Shown here piece by piece: positions 1 to 10,426 of a stretch of 64,000 nucleotides of DNA. The DNA comes from Promethearchaeota archaeon (GTDB lineage Archaea > Asgardarchaeota > Lokiarchaeia > Sigyniarchaeales > SOKP01), in NCBI GenBank assembly GCA_019057795.1, contig JAHLWS010000070.1, positions 128,001 to 192,000 on the forward strand. Reading direction: 5' to 3'. The translations under genes and the position numbers were made by a program. The notes beneath the pieces are model-generated. The model was not told the DNA's origin. It worked only from the letters and a program-made list of their open reading frames with translations, and ran no database searches. How positions within the stretch are numbered: the first letter of the stretch is position 1; each line of letters starts with the position of its first letter.

Positions 1-72
1 CTTTTAACCTGAAGGTCGTGGGTTCGATATGCTCGTTCGAAAAGATCGGGTGCGAAATTCCCACATGGCCCG
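1..72 (+). tRNA. tRNA-Lys(UUU), 5'-truncated by window edge, with 30-nt T-loop intron (29..58)
   Basis: Anticodon loop CTTTTAA at 1-7; T-stem GTGGG(18-22)/CCCAC(60-64); acceptor 3' strand ATGGCCC + G; BHB with central helix TTCG/CGAA and bulges ATA/ATT. Confidence 0.88.
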
Positions 73-215
73 CTAATATTTTACTATTTGTAAAGGCTGA
101 GTTAAAATTTATTTTTAAAAGAAAAGTTTTGCATGAAATAATTAATCGAGTATGCATTAAAGGTAAATATAAAGATAGTTCGTTAAAACGAATAAGCTCT
201 CTTACAGCTAAAAAA

Positions 216-1232
216 ATGGTTGATATAGAATTTAAATTACCATCTGATGAACCCGAACAATTAATAGTTAAATCCCAAGACACTACTAACGAAGCATATG
301 GGTGTGAACCGGACAAAAGAGACATAGAGGCCCTCTTAAAATATGGTGTTATAAATTTAAATAAACCCAGTGGTCCAACAAGCCATGAAGTAGTCTCTTG
401 GGCCCGCAAGATTTTAGGAATTGATAACGCAGGACATGGGGGGACTTTAGATCCAAAGGTTACTGGAATATTACCTTGTGCGCTTGGTAAAGCTACCAGA
501 GTCTTGTCGGCATTATTGAATGCCGGTAAAGAATATGTAGGAGTTATGTATTTGCACACACCTGAGAAATTAAAAAAAATTGAAAAAGTATTTAAAATAT
601 TCACAGGTAAAATTTATCAAATGCCTCCTATAAAATCATCAGTAGTTCGAAAATTGAGAATAAGAGAGATATATTATGCTAAAGTGCTTGAGGTAAATAA
701 GAATCATGTATTATTTAAGGTCGGATGCGAAGCAGGTACTTACATCCGAAAATTATGTTTTGATATAGGTGAAGCTTTATGTTCAGGAGCACATATGCTA
801 GAATTAAGGCGAACTAGAGTAGGTAATTTTATAGAAGATAAAAGCCATGTAAACCTTCATAATCTAAAAGACGCGTATTCTATATACCGTGAAGAAGGTG
901 ATGACTATTATTTGAGGAAAGTAATTTCTCCTATGGAAAAAATGGTATCACATTTGCCAAAAATATATGTAAGAGATACTGCTGTTGATGCTTTATGTCA
1001 TGGTGCAGATTTAGCTTCTGCTGGAACGTGTTTTGTAGATGCACGAATCAATAATAATATGCAAATAGTTTACATGACGCTTAAAAAAGAATTAATTGGT
1101 TTTGGTACTGCTAAAATGAATGCAATCAAGATTTACAAGGCAAAATCTGGAATTGTGGCTAGAACCAATAAAATATTTATGGAACGAGGCATTTATCCTC
1201 GGTGGAACGAAATAATCAAAAACAAAAAGTAA
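216..1232 (+). CDS. cbf5: H/ACA RNA-guided pseudouridine synthase Cbf5 (TruB family, PUA domain)
   Basis: NKPSGPTSHEV, GHGGTLDPKVTG, CEAGTYIRKLC motifs; ATG 216 chosen because the ORF-track start overlaps the tRNA. Confidence 0.95.
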   Translation: MVDIEFKLPSDEPEQLIVKSQDTTNEAYGCEPDKRDIEALLKYGVINLNKPSGPTSHEVVSWARKILGIDNAGHGGTLDPKVTGILPCALGKATRVLSALLNAGKEYVGVMYLHTPEKLKKIEKVFKIFTGKIYQMPPIKSSVVRKLRIREIYYAKVLEVNKNHVLFKVGCEAGTYIRKLCFDIGEALCSGAHMLELRRTRVGNFIEDKSHVNLHNLKDAYSIYREEGDDYYLRKVISPMEKMVSHLPKIYVRDTAVDALCHGADLASAGTCFVDARINNNMQIVYMTLKKELIGFGTAKMNAIKIYKAKSGIVARTNKIFMERGIYPRWNEIIKNKK

Positions 1233-1246
1233 GAAAATATAAAAAT

Positions 1247-1885
1247 ATGAAGCAAAAGAACCAACATTATTCTACTCAGTTCCCAGATGTAAAAATTAAA
1301 GTTTATTCCGTTCCAGAAAGTTTAAAACAGCATTTATTCATTTTTAAAACTATCACGGGAGTTTTTTCATTTAAAAAAATAGATTTAGGAACTAAGGTTT
1401 TTATTGAGCACATGACCGTCCCAAAAAAACAGAGCGTTTTACTCGATCTGGGGTGCGGGTATGGTGCGATTGGAATTGTGTTAGCATATATATCACCTCA
1501 AAGCACAGTTTATCTAATTGATATAAATAAAAGAGCAATCTGGTGCACTAGGGAAAATATAAAATATAATTTATTGGATAGGACAAACAAAGTTATTACT
1601 TTATCAGGAAACTATTTTAAACCTATAAAAAATAAAAACATAAAGTTTGATGGAATTTATATGAATCCACCTTTACGCAATGGTAGAAGAGAATTTCTCA
1701 AGCTATGTGAAGAGGTTCCTTATTTTTTAAAGCCAAAAGGACTATTTCAATTCGTGATTAAAAAAAAAATGGGCGCAGAATATGTATTAAAATACATAAA
1801 TAGCAATTTTTCAAAGATATTCGATATCAAGATAATTTGTAAGAGATCTGGATACTGGGTTTTTGATCTAACTATATTAGATTAG
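1247..1885 (+). CDS. RsmC/MTS-family class I SAM methyltransferase
   Basis: GVFS..IDLGT, LDLGCGYGAIG, NPP, terminal GYWV. Confidence 0.85.
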   Translation: MKQKNQHYSTQFPDVKIKVYSVPESLKQHLFIFKTITGVFSFKKIDLGTKVFIEHMTVPKKQSVLLDLGCGYGAIGIVLAYISPQSTVYLIDINKRAIWCTRENIKYNLLDRTNKVITLSGNYFKPIKNKNIKFDGIYMNPPLRNGRREFLKLCEEVPYFLKPKGLFQFVIKKKMGAEYVLKYINSNFSKIFDIKIICKRSGYWVFDLTILD

Positions 1886-2003
1886 AGCAATAATTTTGAT
1901 TTTATTAATAATAAAATTCAAGAAAATTTTTTAGTAAAAATGGAAAATTTTTTTACAAATCGAATATTCTTTTAAAAAATACAGCAAGGAAAGAGGATTT
2001 TTT

Positions 2004-2261
2004 TTGACTAAAAAAAGAAAGATAGATGTTCTACTTCATGAGCTGGTTCCCAAACATTACCTTTTAACAAAAGAAGAATCGCAAAATTTGTTAGAAAAAT
2101 ATAAAATACATATTTCTGATTTACCTCAAATGTTTGAAAAAGATCCAGTAGCAATTGCAATTGGTGCAAAAGAAGGTGATATTGTTAAGATTGTTCGAGA
2201 TTCTCGTACAACAGTAAAATTCATAAATTATTATCGTTATGTCAAAAAAGAAAAAGTGTAA
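2004..2261 (+). CDS. rpoH: RNA polymerase subunit Rpo5 (H)
   Basis: HELVPKH, LPQ..DPV, GDIVKIVRDS, YYRYV; TTG start. Confidence 0.95.
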   Translation: MTKKRKIDVLLHELVPKHYLLTKEESQNLLEKYKIHISDLPQMFEKDPVAIAIGAKEGDIVKIVRDSRTTVKFINYYRYVKKEKV

Positions 2262-2306
2262 TTAATCTCTTTTATTGAAATTAATATTAAATAGGTTAGA
2301 CAAAAA

Positions 2307-5300
2307 TTGAGCGCTGAAAGATTATCTAATAACGATAAGTGGGTCGTTTTAAAAAGTTTATTTGATGAGAAGGGTCTAGTGCGTCAACATCTCGATTCTT
2401 ATAATATTTTTATTGAAGATGAAATGCAAAGTATAGTAGATGAATCGAATGAAGTAGTACCGGATATTCCCGGCTTCAAAATAAGTTTTGGGAAAATTAA
2501 GGTTGGGGTGCCTAAAGTCAGGGAAGCGGACGGTGCCACGATGGAAATCACACCTATTGAGGCTAGAATTCGAGAATTAAGTTATGCTGCGGATATTATA
2601 TTAGAAATGACCCCCATAACTATTGATGAACGAACTCAAAGGGAGGAAATGGAAGAGACACTTGATATATATATTGGTAAAATACCTATAATGCTAAAAA
2701 GTTGTCGTTGCCCTTTGGAAAACTTAACAGAACAAGAGTTAATTAACCGAGGAGAAGACCCACTTGATCCCGGTGGATATTTTATAATAAATGGGACTGA
2801 GCGCGTACTGGTGACGCAAGAAGATTTAGCTCCCAATAGAATTTTAGCGGAAGAGGCAAGTAGAAGTTCAAGTGCTACACATCAAGCAAAAGTATTTTCT
2901 ACGAGAAGTGGTTTTCGGGCACCTGTAACTATCGAAAGAAAGAAAGACGGAAATTTAAGAGTCTCGTTTCCTTCTGTTCCAGGCAAAATTCCGCTTGCGA
3001 TCTTAATGCGTGCCTTAGGGTTACACTCTGATAAAGAAATTTTTGAAGCCATTTCAGAAAATGATGATATTCAGAAAGAATTGATTCCAGTTATAGATGT
3101 TGCTTCGGAAATCCAAGTATTAAAAGATCCTGAAAAATCTCAACAAAATGCTTTAGATTATATAGGAAAGAGAGTCGCAATTGGGCAAACAAAGGATTAC
3201 CGAATTAGAAGAGCGCTTCAAGTTTTAGATAGATACCTTTTACCTCATATTGGAAATGCGGAAGAGGATCGAATAAAGAAAGCTTATTATTTAGGTCAAA
3301 TGGCTCAAAAAGTAATGGAACTCGCCTTAAAATTTCGTGAGTCTGATGATAAAGATCATTATGCCAATAAAAGATTGAAATTAGCTGGTGAATTATTTAC
3401 ATCCCTATTTAGAGTTGCGTTTTTAAATCTTGTAAAAGACATAAAGTACCAACTAGAACGTACCGCTGTTCGAGGGAGAGCTCCTAATATCAAAACTGCT
3501 GTGAGAGCGGATGTAATTACTGAAAGGATAAGACATGCTTTAGCAACAGGCAACTGGGTTGGAGGTAAAGCTGGCGTTAGTCAATTGTTGAATAGAACAA
3601 ATCATGTTGGGACATTAAGTCATTTAAGGAGAGTAATATCGCCATTAAGTAGAAGTCAACCGCATTTTGAAGCGAGAGATTTACATCCCACCCAATGGGG
3701 TAAGATTTGTCCAGCAGAAACCCCAGAGGGGCCAAACTGTGGTTTGGTTAAAAATCTTGGATTAGCTTCTATTATTTCTGTTGGCGCCGATGAGAGAATT
3801 ATTGAAAACATATTAATAGATTTAGGAGTAATTCCAATTAATGAAGTAAAAAGAATAAAAGGGGAAAAGGTAAATGTATTTCTTAATGGCAAATTAGTCG
3901 GTATTCATCAAAAACATAATCCCTTTTTAAATCAACTTAGAGAGAAGAGACGTAAAGGCGAGATTGGTCAACATGTGAATATTGGATATTATAACGATTC
4001 TAAAGAGATTCAAATAAATTGTGATGCAGGGAGAGCGACTAGACCATTATTTATAATTAAGAACAAACAAATCCTCATTACGAAAGAAGATGTAGAGAAA
4101 ATTAAACAAGGTAAGTATGCGTGGACAGATTTGATTGAGAAAGGTGTTATTGAATATCTAGACGCAGAAGAAGAAGAGAATTCTTATATTGCTATGTTTG
4201 AAGAAGATATTACGGCTGAACATACACATTTAGAGATTTCTCCTGCTGCTATTTTAGGAATATGCGCTTCAGTAATTCCATTTCCAGAACATAATCAATC
4301 TCCACGAAATACATACGAAGCGGGGATGGTTAAACAAGCATTAGGACTATTTGCTGCAAATATGCATTTAAAACTTGATACGCGTGGTCATACGCTTCAT
4401 TATCCTCAACTACCATTAGTTATAACGAGCCCAATGAAGATAATTGGAATTAATCGCCGACCAGCGGGACAAAACTTCATAGTTGGCATGATGAGTTTTG
4501 AAGGTTATAATATTGAAGATGCAATTATTATAAACAAATCCTCAATAGAACGCGGTCTCGCACGCAGTCATTTCTTCAGAACTTACGATGCCGAAGAAAG
4601 GAAATATCCCGGAGGAGAATTGGATAAATTTGAAATACCAGAAAGAGGCGTTAGAGGTTTCAAATCCGCTGAATCTTATCGATTATTATCTGAAGAAGAT
4701 GGAATTATCGAACCTGAAACCACTGTAGGGGGGGGCGATGTTTTAATAGGACGCACATCTCCTCCACGATTTATTAAATCTTACGAAGAATTTGAATTGA
4801 TGCAACCAAATAGAAGAGAAACTTCAAAAAATATGCGTCACAATGAGAAAGGAATTGTAGATACTGTAATTATTTCTGAAACTGTTGATGGTAATAAATT
4901 AGTAAAAATTAAAGTAAGAGACCTACGTATTCCTGAATTAGGAGATAAATTCTCTTCACGACATGGACAGAAAGGGGTACTGGGGTTAGTCCAGCCGGCG
5001 GAGGACATGCCTTTCACTTCAAATGGCGTAATTCCAGATATTATTGTAAATCCTCATGCTATGCCATCAAGAATGACCTTAGGACAGCTCTTTGAAGGAA
5101 TTAGTGGTAAAATTGCGTGTACAACCGGAGAATTAGGTGATGCAACAGCGTTCGAATGGAAAGATATTACGAAACTTCAAGATCAATTAGTAGAAGCGGG
5201 ATTTGAATTTAATGGAAGAGAGGTAATGTATAATGGAATTACAGGAGAAAAATATGAGGCAGGAATTTATTGCGCCCCAATTTATTATCAAAAATTGTAT

Positions 5301-5678
5301 CATCTTGTTGCAGACAAACTTCACGCAAGAGCAAGGGGGCCAGTTCAAATTCTAACTAGACAACCAACAGAAGGAAGAGCAAGAGAAGGAGGTTTACGAT
5401 TCGGCGAGATGGAACGAGATTGCTTAGTGGGTCATGGGTCCGCTTTATTATTAAAGGAAAGATTGCTTGATGAGTCTGATAGAACTGTAATTTTAGTTTG
5501 TGAGAAATGTGGGCTTTTAGCAGTTTACGATCGAAACAAAGATAAAAGATATTGTCCTATATGTGGACAAGGAACTGTAATATCAAAAGTAGTATGTTCT
5601 TATGCTTTTAAACTGCTACTCCAAGAAATGATGAGTTTAGGACTTGCGCCACGTCTAAAATTAAAAGAAAAAATTTAA
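2307..5678 (+). CDS. rpoB: RNA polymerase subunit Rpo2 (B), unsplit
   Basis: GGYFIINGTERV, CPAETPEGPNCGLVKN, GDKFSSRHGQKG, GGLRFGEMERDC, C-terminal Zn ribbon. Confidence 0.99.
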   Translation: MSAERLSNNDKWVVLKSLFDEKGLVRQHLDSYNIFIEDEMQSIVDESNEVVPDIPGFKISFGKIKVGVPKVREADGATMEITPIEARIRELSYAADIILEMTPITIDERTQREEMEETLDIYIGKIPIMLKSCRCPLENLTEQELINRGEDPLDPGGYFIINGTERVLVTQEDLAPNRILAEEASRSSSATHQAKVFSTRSGFRAPVTIERKKDGNLRVSFPSVPGKIPLAILMRALGLHSDKEIFEAISENDDIQKELIPVIDVASEIQVLKDPEKSQQNALDYIGKRVAIGQTKDYRIRRALQVLDRYLLPHIGNAEEDRIKKAYYLGQMAQKVMELALKFRESDDKDHYANKRLKLAGELFTSLFRVAFLNLVKDIKYQLERTAVRGRAPNIKTAVRADVITERIRHALATGNWVGGKAGVSQLLNRTNHVGTLSHLRRVISPLSRSQPHFEARDLHPTQWGKICPAETPEGPNCGLVKNLGLASIISVGADERIIENILIDLGVIPINEVKRIKGEKVNVFLNGKLVGIHQKHNPFLNQLREKRRKGEIGQHVNIGYYNDSKEIQINCDAGRATRPLFIIKNKQILITKEDVEKIKQGKYAWTDLIEKGVIEYLDAEEEENSYIAMFEEDITAEHTHLEISPAAILGICASVIPFPEHNQSPRNTYEAGMVKQALGLFAANMHLKLDTRGHTLHYPQLPLVITSPMKIIGINRRPAGQNFIVGMMSFEGYNIEDAIIINKSSIERGLARSHFFRTYDAEERKYPGGELDKFEIPERGVRGFKSAESYRLLSEEDGIIEPETTVGGGDVLIGRTSPPRFIKSYEEFELMQPNRRETSKNMRHNEKGIVDTVIISETVDGNKLVKIKVRDLRIPELGDKFSSRHGQKGVLGLVQPAEDMPFTSNGVIPDIIVNPHAMPSRMTLGQLFEGISGKIACTTGELGDATAFEWKDITKLQDQLVEAGFEFNGREVMYNGITGEKYEAGIYCAPIYYQKLYHLVADKLHARARGPVQILTRQPTEGRAREGGLRFGEMERDCLVGHGSALLLKERLLDESDRTVILVCEKCGLLAVYDRNKDKRYCPICGQGTVISKVVCSYAFKLLLQEMMSLGLAPRLKLKEKI

Positions 5679-5761
5679 GCAAATTATCTCATTTTTACTC
5701 TATTTACTATAATTTATCAATTAAATAACCAAACTTCAATTGTAAAATAAAAAAAATAGAT

Positions 5762-6187
5762 TTAAAGGCCAAATCCTAGGAATCCATAAAGCTCTGGTAT
5801 CATAGTATAGAGAAGAAACAAGAAAAACAATGTTAGTAAAGATATCCATACAGCTTGATCCCAAGAAAGGTCGATTAAAAATTTTGTTAAAATCAAAATA
5901 ATTAGAAATCCAATGACAGGCGTTAATTGAGTTAAATAGTTTGAGCCACTAAAAGCTATTAAATTACCAATTGCTCCTAATACTGAATTTATTGCTCCCA
6001 GAATTATTGGTAATATTAAAACGCAAATAAAAGCTAAGAGAATAATTAAAAATTTTTTATCAGAAGCTTTAGTTTTAGAAACAATAAGCAAAACCGAGAT
6101 GTAAATGATTAACGCGACAATTACAGTTGCTAGTATTAACCATAAAATAAAGAATAAAGTGCTTTCCCATTGAAATAACATTTTCAA
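5762..6187 (-). CDS. Hypothetical multi-pass membrane protein (~4 TM)
   Basis: Four long hydrophobic segments; fills a gap between genes. Confidence 0.7.
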   Translation of the reverse strand: MKMLFQWESTLFFILWLILATVIVALIIYISVLLIVSKTKASDKKFLIILLAFICVLILPIILGAINSVLGAIGNLIAFSGSNYLTQLTPVIGFLIILILTKFLIDLSWDQAVWISLLTLFFLFLLYTMIPELYGFLGFGL

Positions 6188-6387
6188 AACTCCAATTTAA
6201 TTTTTAAGTTTGTTTAAAAAATAATTTATAAGAAAAAATTCTCCTTCTTTTATAAATGTTTATCATATTTACTATTGATTAACATTGAGATTAAACTAAT
6301 TTTAAAATTAGTAATATTATAAGGATTTATGGATAATTATATAAATCTGAAAAAAATTAGAATTAGGTGTTTTTGTTAACGGATTAA

Positions 6388-6618
6388 TTATATACCAAAC
6401 GATATAAGGAAGAAATGGAACGCGAAACCTAGAAATACAGCTGCAAAGCTTATTGAAAGGATCGAGAGTTTAATTGATAATTCCCTTCCATATCTTGTAT
6501 AAACTATTAAAATTGTTAAACTAACCAACCCAACTATTAGAAAAATCCACGCTAATATCCAAATAGTTAATGAAGGAACTTGAAAATCATTAATTTGAAG
6601 GAATGTAAACAACATCAA
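6388..6618 (-). CDS. Small hypothetical membrane protein (2 TM)
   Basis: Two hydrophobic helices joined by YTRYGRE loop. Confidence 0.6.
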   Translation of the reverse strand: MMLFTFLQINDFQVPSLTIWILAWIFLIVGLVSLTILIVYTRYGRELSIKLSILSISFAAVFLGFAFHFFLISFGI

Positions 6619-6816
6619 TAATCGCTAAATATTTTTATGATTTAAATTATATGTTATCTTTTATTTTTTTTTAACTTTATTAATGTTCTCAAGAATAGCA
6701 TCTTTTGACTTAATTTTAGTCACTTCTTATTAAATAAATTAAAATTTAAAGTTATATTCTATATATATTATCATTATTTAGATCTATATAATTAAAGGAA
6801 AATTAATGAGATAAAA

Positions 6817-7599
6817 ATGCATTTTTTAAGTAGATTAATTGAAAACCCAATTTTAGAGGATCCTGCAAAAAATCATATGAACATTCATAGACATTTCTAC
6901 AGGTATTCTAAAGGAGATTTTATTGGTCCCGCATTAAAAATCACTAAAACTAAAGCAAAAATAACTTTGAAAGGAACTCATGAATATGAAGATTTAATTT
7001 CAGAAATTATCGCAAAAACTATTTCGGATCCAAAAAAAGGTTTTGAAGTGGAAGGAACACTAATTACTGGCATGGATTTATCAGAGGCCATCACGGATTT
7101 AGGGTTAAATTGGATTTTAAAAAAATCTACGGGTAAAACAAAGAATTACAAAGCAGATATTGTTGATCAAATTAACAAAAATCAGTTACTCCAAGCAATT
7201 AATGTATTTCGAGAAAATAGTTATTTGTTACTCTCCTTTATTATTAACCCAACCAGTAAAGTCACAACCAAAAAAAAGATACCACAGCCATCTAAAAAAA
7301 AGGCTGAAGATGATGATTTAGGTAAAAGAATACAGTTTTGTACTGGAATTATGAGTAATACAGATGCAAATATTAAGATGGTTTTAGATTTAGTTGCTTC
7401 TGATTTTAAAACGGACGTTCCTAATAACTGGAAAACTATTATTTTGCTCAATAACTACAACATAACTGAGATTGTTATTCCAAAAAACATCAAGGACTCT
7501 CGCTTATTAAGGATTATGGCCATTAGGAAAGGGAAAATGTATCGATCAATTAATATAGATGGCGAACTAATAGAAAAACAGTATTCAATCTTTGTTTAA
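6817..7599 (+). CDS. Hypothetical soluble protein
   Basis: 260-aa ATG ORF co-oriented with tfe; no family confidently recognised. Confidence 0.75.
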   Translation: MHFLSRLIENPILEDPAKNHMNIHRHFYRYSKGDFIGPALKITKTKAKITLKGTHEYEDLISEIIAKTISDPKKGFEVEGTLITGMDLSEAITDLGLNWILKKSTGKTKNYKADIVDQINKNQLLQAINVFRENSYLLLSFIINPTSKVTTKKKIPQPSKKKAEDDDLGKRIQFCTGIMSNTDANIKMVLDLVASDFKTDVPNNWKTIILLNNYNITEIVIPKNIKDSRLLRIMAIRKGKMYRSINIDGELIEKQYSIFV

Positions 7600-7701
7600 T
7601 TTTTTTGAAGTTAAATTCCATCATTTAAAAATTCAAAAAATTTAATTTTTAAAAAGGTTTATGTAAATTATTAATAGAAAAAATATGGAATATTACGTAC
7701 T

Positions 7702-8283
7702 ATGAAGGAATTAAATCCTTTGTTAAGATCGTTTTTATATATAATAGGTGGAGATATTGCCACAGAAGTAGGAATTCAATTATTGAACTCGGAAAACCAA
7801 GATATAACTGATGAAGATATAACAGAAAGTATTAAAGAACGAATTAAAAGTGGAGACTATAAAATAGATATTGACCCAGATGACACTGTTATTTTAAAAT
7901 TAAATACAGTAAGAAAAACATTATACATATTATATAGTGCAAAATTAGCTCAATTTAGAAGAATACGTGATAAGTCTACAGGTTGGTTTATATATTACTG
8001 GTGGCATCAATTTGATTTGTTGGAAGAAATCTTAATGGAAAAAAAGAGATTAGTAGAAAGAAAGTTAAGAGAAAGGTTAGAATTTGAAGAAAATAACTAT
8101 TTTTTTATATGTAAGAAGTGTCAAAATTCAATTATTAAGTATAATTTTGACATGGCATTTGAATTGAATTTCAGATGTCCAAATTGTGGAGATCCATTAG
8201 AAGCTCAAGATAATCAAAATTTTATTCAGTTTTTAAAAGAAAAAATAGTTTCAATTGAAAATGCTGATTTATCAATTGACTAA
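7702..8283 (+). CDS. tfe: Transcription factor E alpha
   Basis: Winged helix (TDEDI, LNTVRKTLY, RDKSTGWFIYYW) plus CxxC...FRCPNCG Zn ribbon. Confidence 0.92.
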   Translation: MKELNPLLRSFLYIIGGDIATEVGIQLLNSENQDITDEDITESIKERIKSGDYKIDIDPDDTVILKLNTVRKTLYILYSAKLAQFRRIRDKSTGWFIYYWWHQFDLLEEILMEKKRLVERKLRERLEFEENNYFFICKKCQNSIIKYNFDMAFELNFRCPNCGDPLEAQDNQNFIQFLKEKIVSIENADLSID

Positions 8284-8364
8284 GAAATTTAATTACTTCT
8301 TAATTTTGCACCAAAAAAGAATAACTTCTAAAAGAATTATCTAAATTTCCAAGGCGTTTAAACA

Positions 8365-8901
8365 TTAATCTTTCTTTTTTGTAATAAAAGCAATATCACC
8401 AAGAGAGGAACCATGAGATTTTTTCATATACTTGCTTTGTTTGGCACTTGGTTCAATTTCATCTATTTTTTTAAGAAGTGTAATATTGTAGACTTTTTCT
8501 ATTTTTCTTGCCAATTTTATAGTTGGTTCAACTTTTCCGGCTTCAATTCTTCTTAATAAAGAAGGTTTCTCGTTTAATTTTTGAGCAAATTGATCTTGGT
8601 TAAATCCGCGGGAATTTCGAGCGTTTCTAATTCTTTTCGCGTAATCATGAACAATTTCAATATTTTCATCGCCATCTCTTTTAGGCAAAAATTTTTTCAC
8701 GGGTCTCTTAAGTTTAACATATGTCTGCTGTTGAGAATAGGATATTTTAGGTTCATTCCTGATTTTTTTGCCATATTGGGCACAACTTTGACACACAGTA
8801 ATTTTTGCTTCTTCTATTAAAACTTTTTGTCCTTTTCCCCATATTTTACCTCCACATATGGGGCATTCCTTATCAAATTGATTCGATCCTTTTTTTGACA
8901 T
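8365..8901 (-). CDS. mbf1: Archaeal multiprotein bridging factor aMBF1
   Basis: N-terminal CPICG...VCQSC, HTH (IRNAR..QDQFAQKLNEKPSLLRRIE), C-terminal SLGD; divergent from pan. Confidence 0.9.
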   Translation of the reverse strand: MSKKGSNQFDKECPICGGKIWGKGQKVLIEEAKITVCQSCAQYGKKIRNEPKISYSQQQTYVKLKRPVKKFLPKRDGDENIEIVHDYAKRIRNARNSRGFNQDQFAQKLNEKPSLLRRIEAGKVEPTIKLARKIEKVYNITLLKKIDEIEPSAKQSKYMKKSHGSSLGDIAFITKKKD

Positions 8902-9144
8902 AATACAATCTTATATACAATAATTTCTAAGGAAAAGTACTATATATAATGAATTGGATGTAGAACTCTTAAAATTTTCTGTTTAAAGCTAAAAATCGTT
9001 ATAAAATATAACCAATAAATTTTTTAGAAATCGATATTTTTATCATATGAGTGTATTACCTTAAATTTAAATGAATAAATTGTTATTAATAAATTAGAAA
9101 ATTTACTTGAAATTTAAATAAATAAAAGATGGGGTATTTTCTTT

Positions 9145-10353
9145 TTGACTACAACCAAAGAAAGGAGAAAAAAGGAAGAAACTAAAGATGAAGAGTATTT
9201 AATTACTTATACAAGGCACCTGGAAAAGAGATTAAGAAATTTAGAGACTGAAAAACAGTTGTTAGATGCTGAACGTCTAAGATTGGAACAAGAACTACAT
9301 AGTTTAAGAAATGAAATTGATCGGTTAAGAGAACCTCCTTTAGTATCTGCTACTGTAATTGACATGTTAGATGAAACAGGTAAAGTTATTGTAAAAAGCT
9401 CTACTGGCCCTAGTTTCGTTGTTAACCCTAGTAGGAAGGTTAAAAACGAAAATCTAGCTCCAGGAATGAGAGTTGCTCTAAACCAGAGAACTTTCGCAAT
9501 AATGGAAATCTTACCAACAAAATTAGATCCTTTTGTAAAAGGAATGGAAGTTATCGATACAATTCCCAATATTAGTTACGAAGATGTCGGTGGTTTAGAT
9601 GAACAAATACTAGAAGTAAGAGAAACAGTTGAATTACCTCTGTTAAAACCAGAATTGTTTAAAAGAATAGGGATTGATCCGCCTAACGGTGTTTTACTTT
9701 TTGGACCTCCAGGGACCGGTAAAACATTAGTTGCGAAAGCGGTTGCTCATGAAACAAGCGCTACATTCATTAGAATAATAGGATCGGAGTTAGTTCAAAA
9801 GTTTATTGGTGAAGGTGCTCGTTTGGTCAGAGAGATATTTAATTTAGCAAAACAAAAAGCCCCCACTATATTATTTATAGATGAATTAGATGCTATCGGG
9901 TCTCAAAGATTAAAAATTGCTACATCTGGCGATAGAGAAGTACAAAGGACTTTAATGCAATTATTAAGTGAATTAGATGGTTTTGAAGAAAGAGGAGATG
10001 TAAAAATAATTGGCGCAACAAATAGAATTGACATTTTAGATCCGGCTTTATTAAGACCAGGTAGATTTGACAGAATGATTGATTTTCCAATGCCAAATGG
10101 GGAAGCTAGAACTTCAATCTTTAAAATCCATACAAGAAATTTAAGAATTGATGGAGTATTAAACTTTAAAAAGTTGGTTGAGTTAACTGAAGGAGCGACG
10201 GGTGCAGACATAAAAGCAATCTGCACTGAAGCTGGAATGTTTGCAATAAGAAAAGAAGCTGAAGCAATTGTTAAAAACGATTTTATTGAAGCAATAAATA
10301 AAGTTATGAATAAAATGAAAGATAAAGCTATTGAATCTAAGTTATATTCTTAA
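9145..10353 (+). CDS. pan: Proteasome-activating nucleotidase
   Basis: N-terminal coiled coil, GPPGTGKT, FIDELDAIG, DPALLRPGRFDR, C-terminal HbYX (LYS). Confidence 0.97.
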   Translation: MTTTKERRKKEETKDEEYLITYTRHLEKRLRNLETEKQLLDAERLRLEQELHSLRNEIDRLREPPLVSATVIDMLDETGKVIVKSSTGPSFVVNPSRKVKNENLAPGMRVALNQRTFAIMEILPTKLDPFVKGMEVIDTIPNISYEDVGGLDEQILEVRETVELPLLKPELFKRIGIDPPNGVLLFGPPGTGKTLVAKAVAHETSATFIRIIGSELVQKFIGEGARLVREIFNLAKQKAPTILFIDELDAIGSQRLKIATSGDREVQRTLMQLLSELDGFEERGDVKIIGATNRIDILDPALLRPGRFDRMIDFPMPNGEARTSIFKIHTRNLRIDGVLNFKKLVELTEGATGADIKAICTEAGMFAIRKEAEAIVKNDFIEAINKVMNKMKDKAIESKLYS

Positions 10354-10426
10354 TCTTCCTTTTTACAAACATATTAAATATTAATAACTTTATTTTTATG
10401 TAAATAGTTGTAGTAATTAATTTAAA

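Noticed and set aside
18-215. N-terminal 66 aa of the 404-aa ORF
   Set aside because: Overlaps tRNA-Lys and spacer; Cbf5 similarity starts after ATG 216
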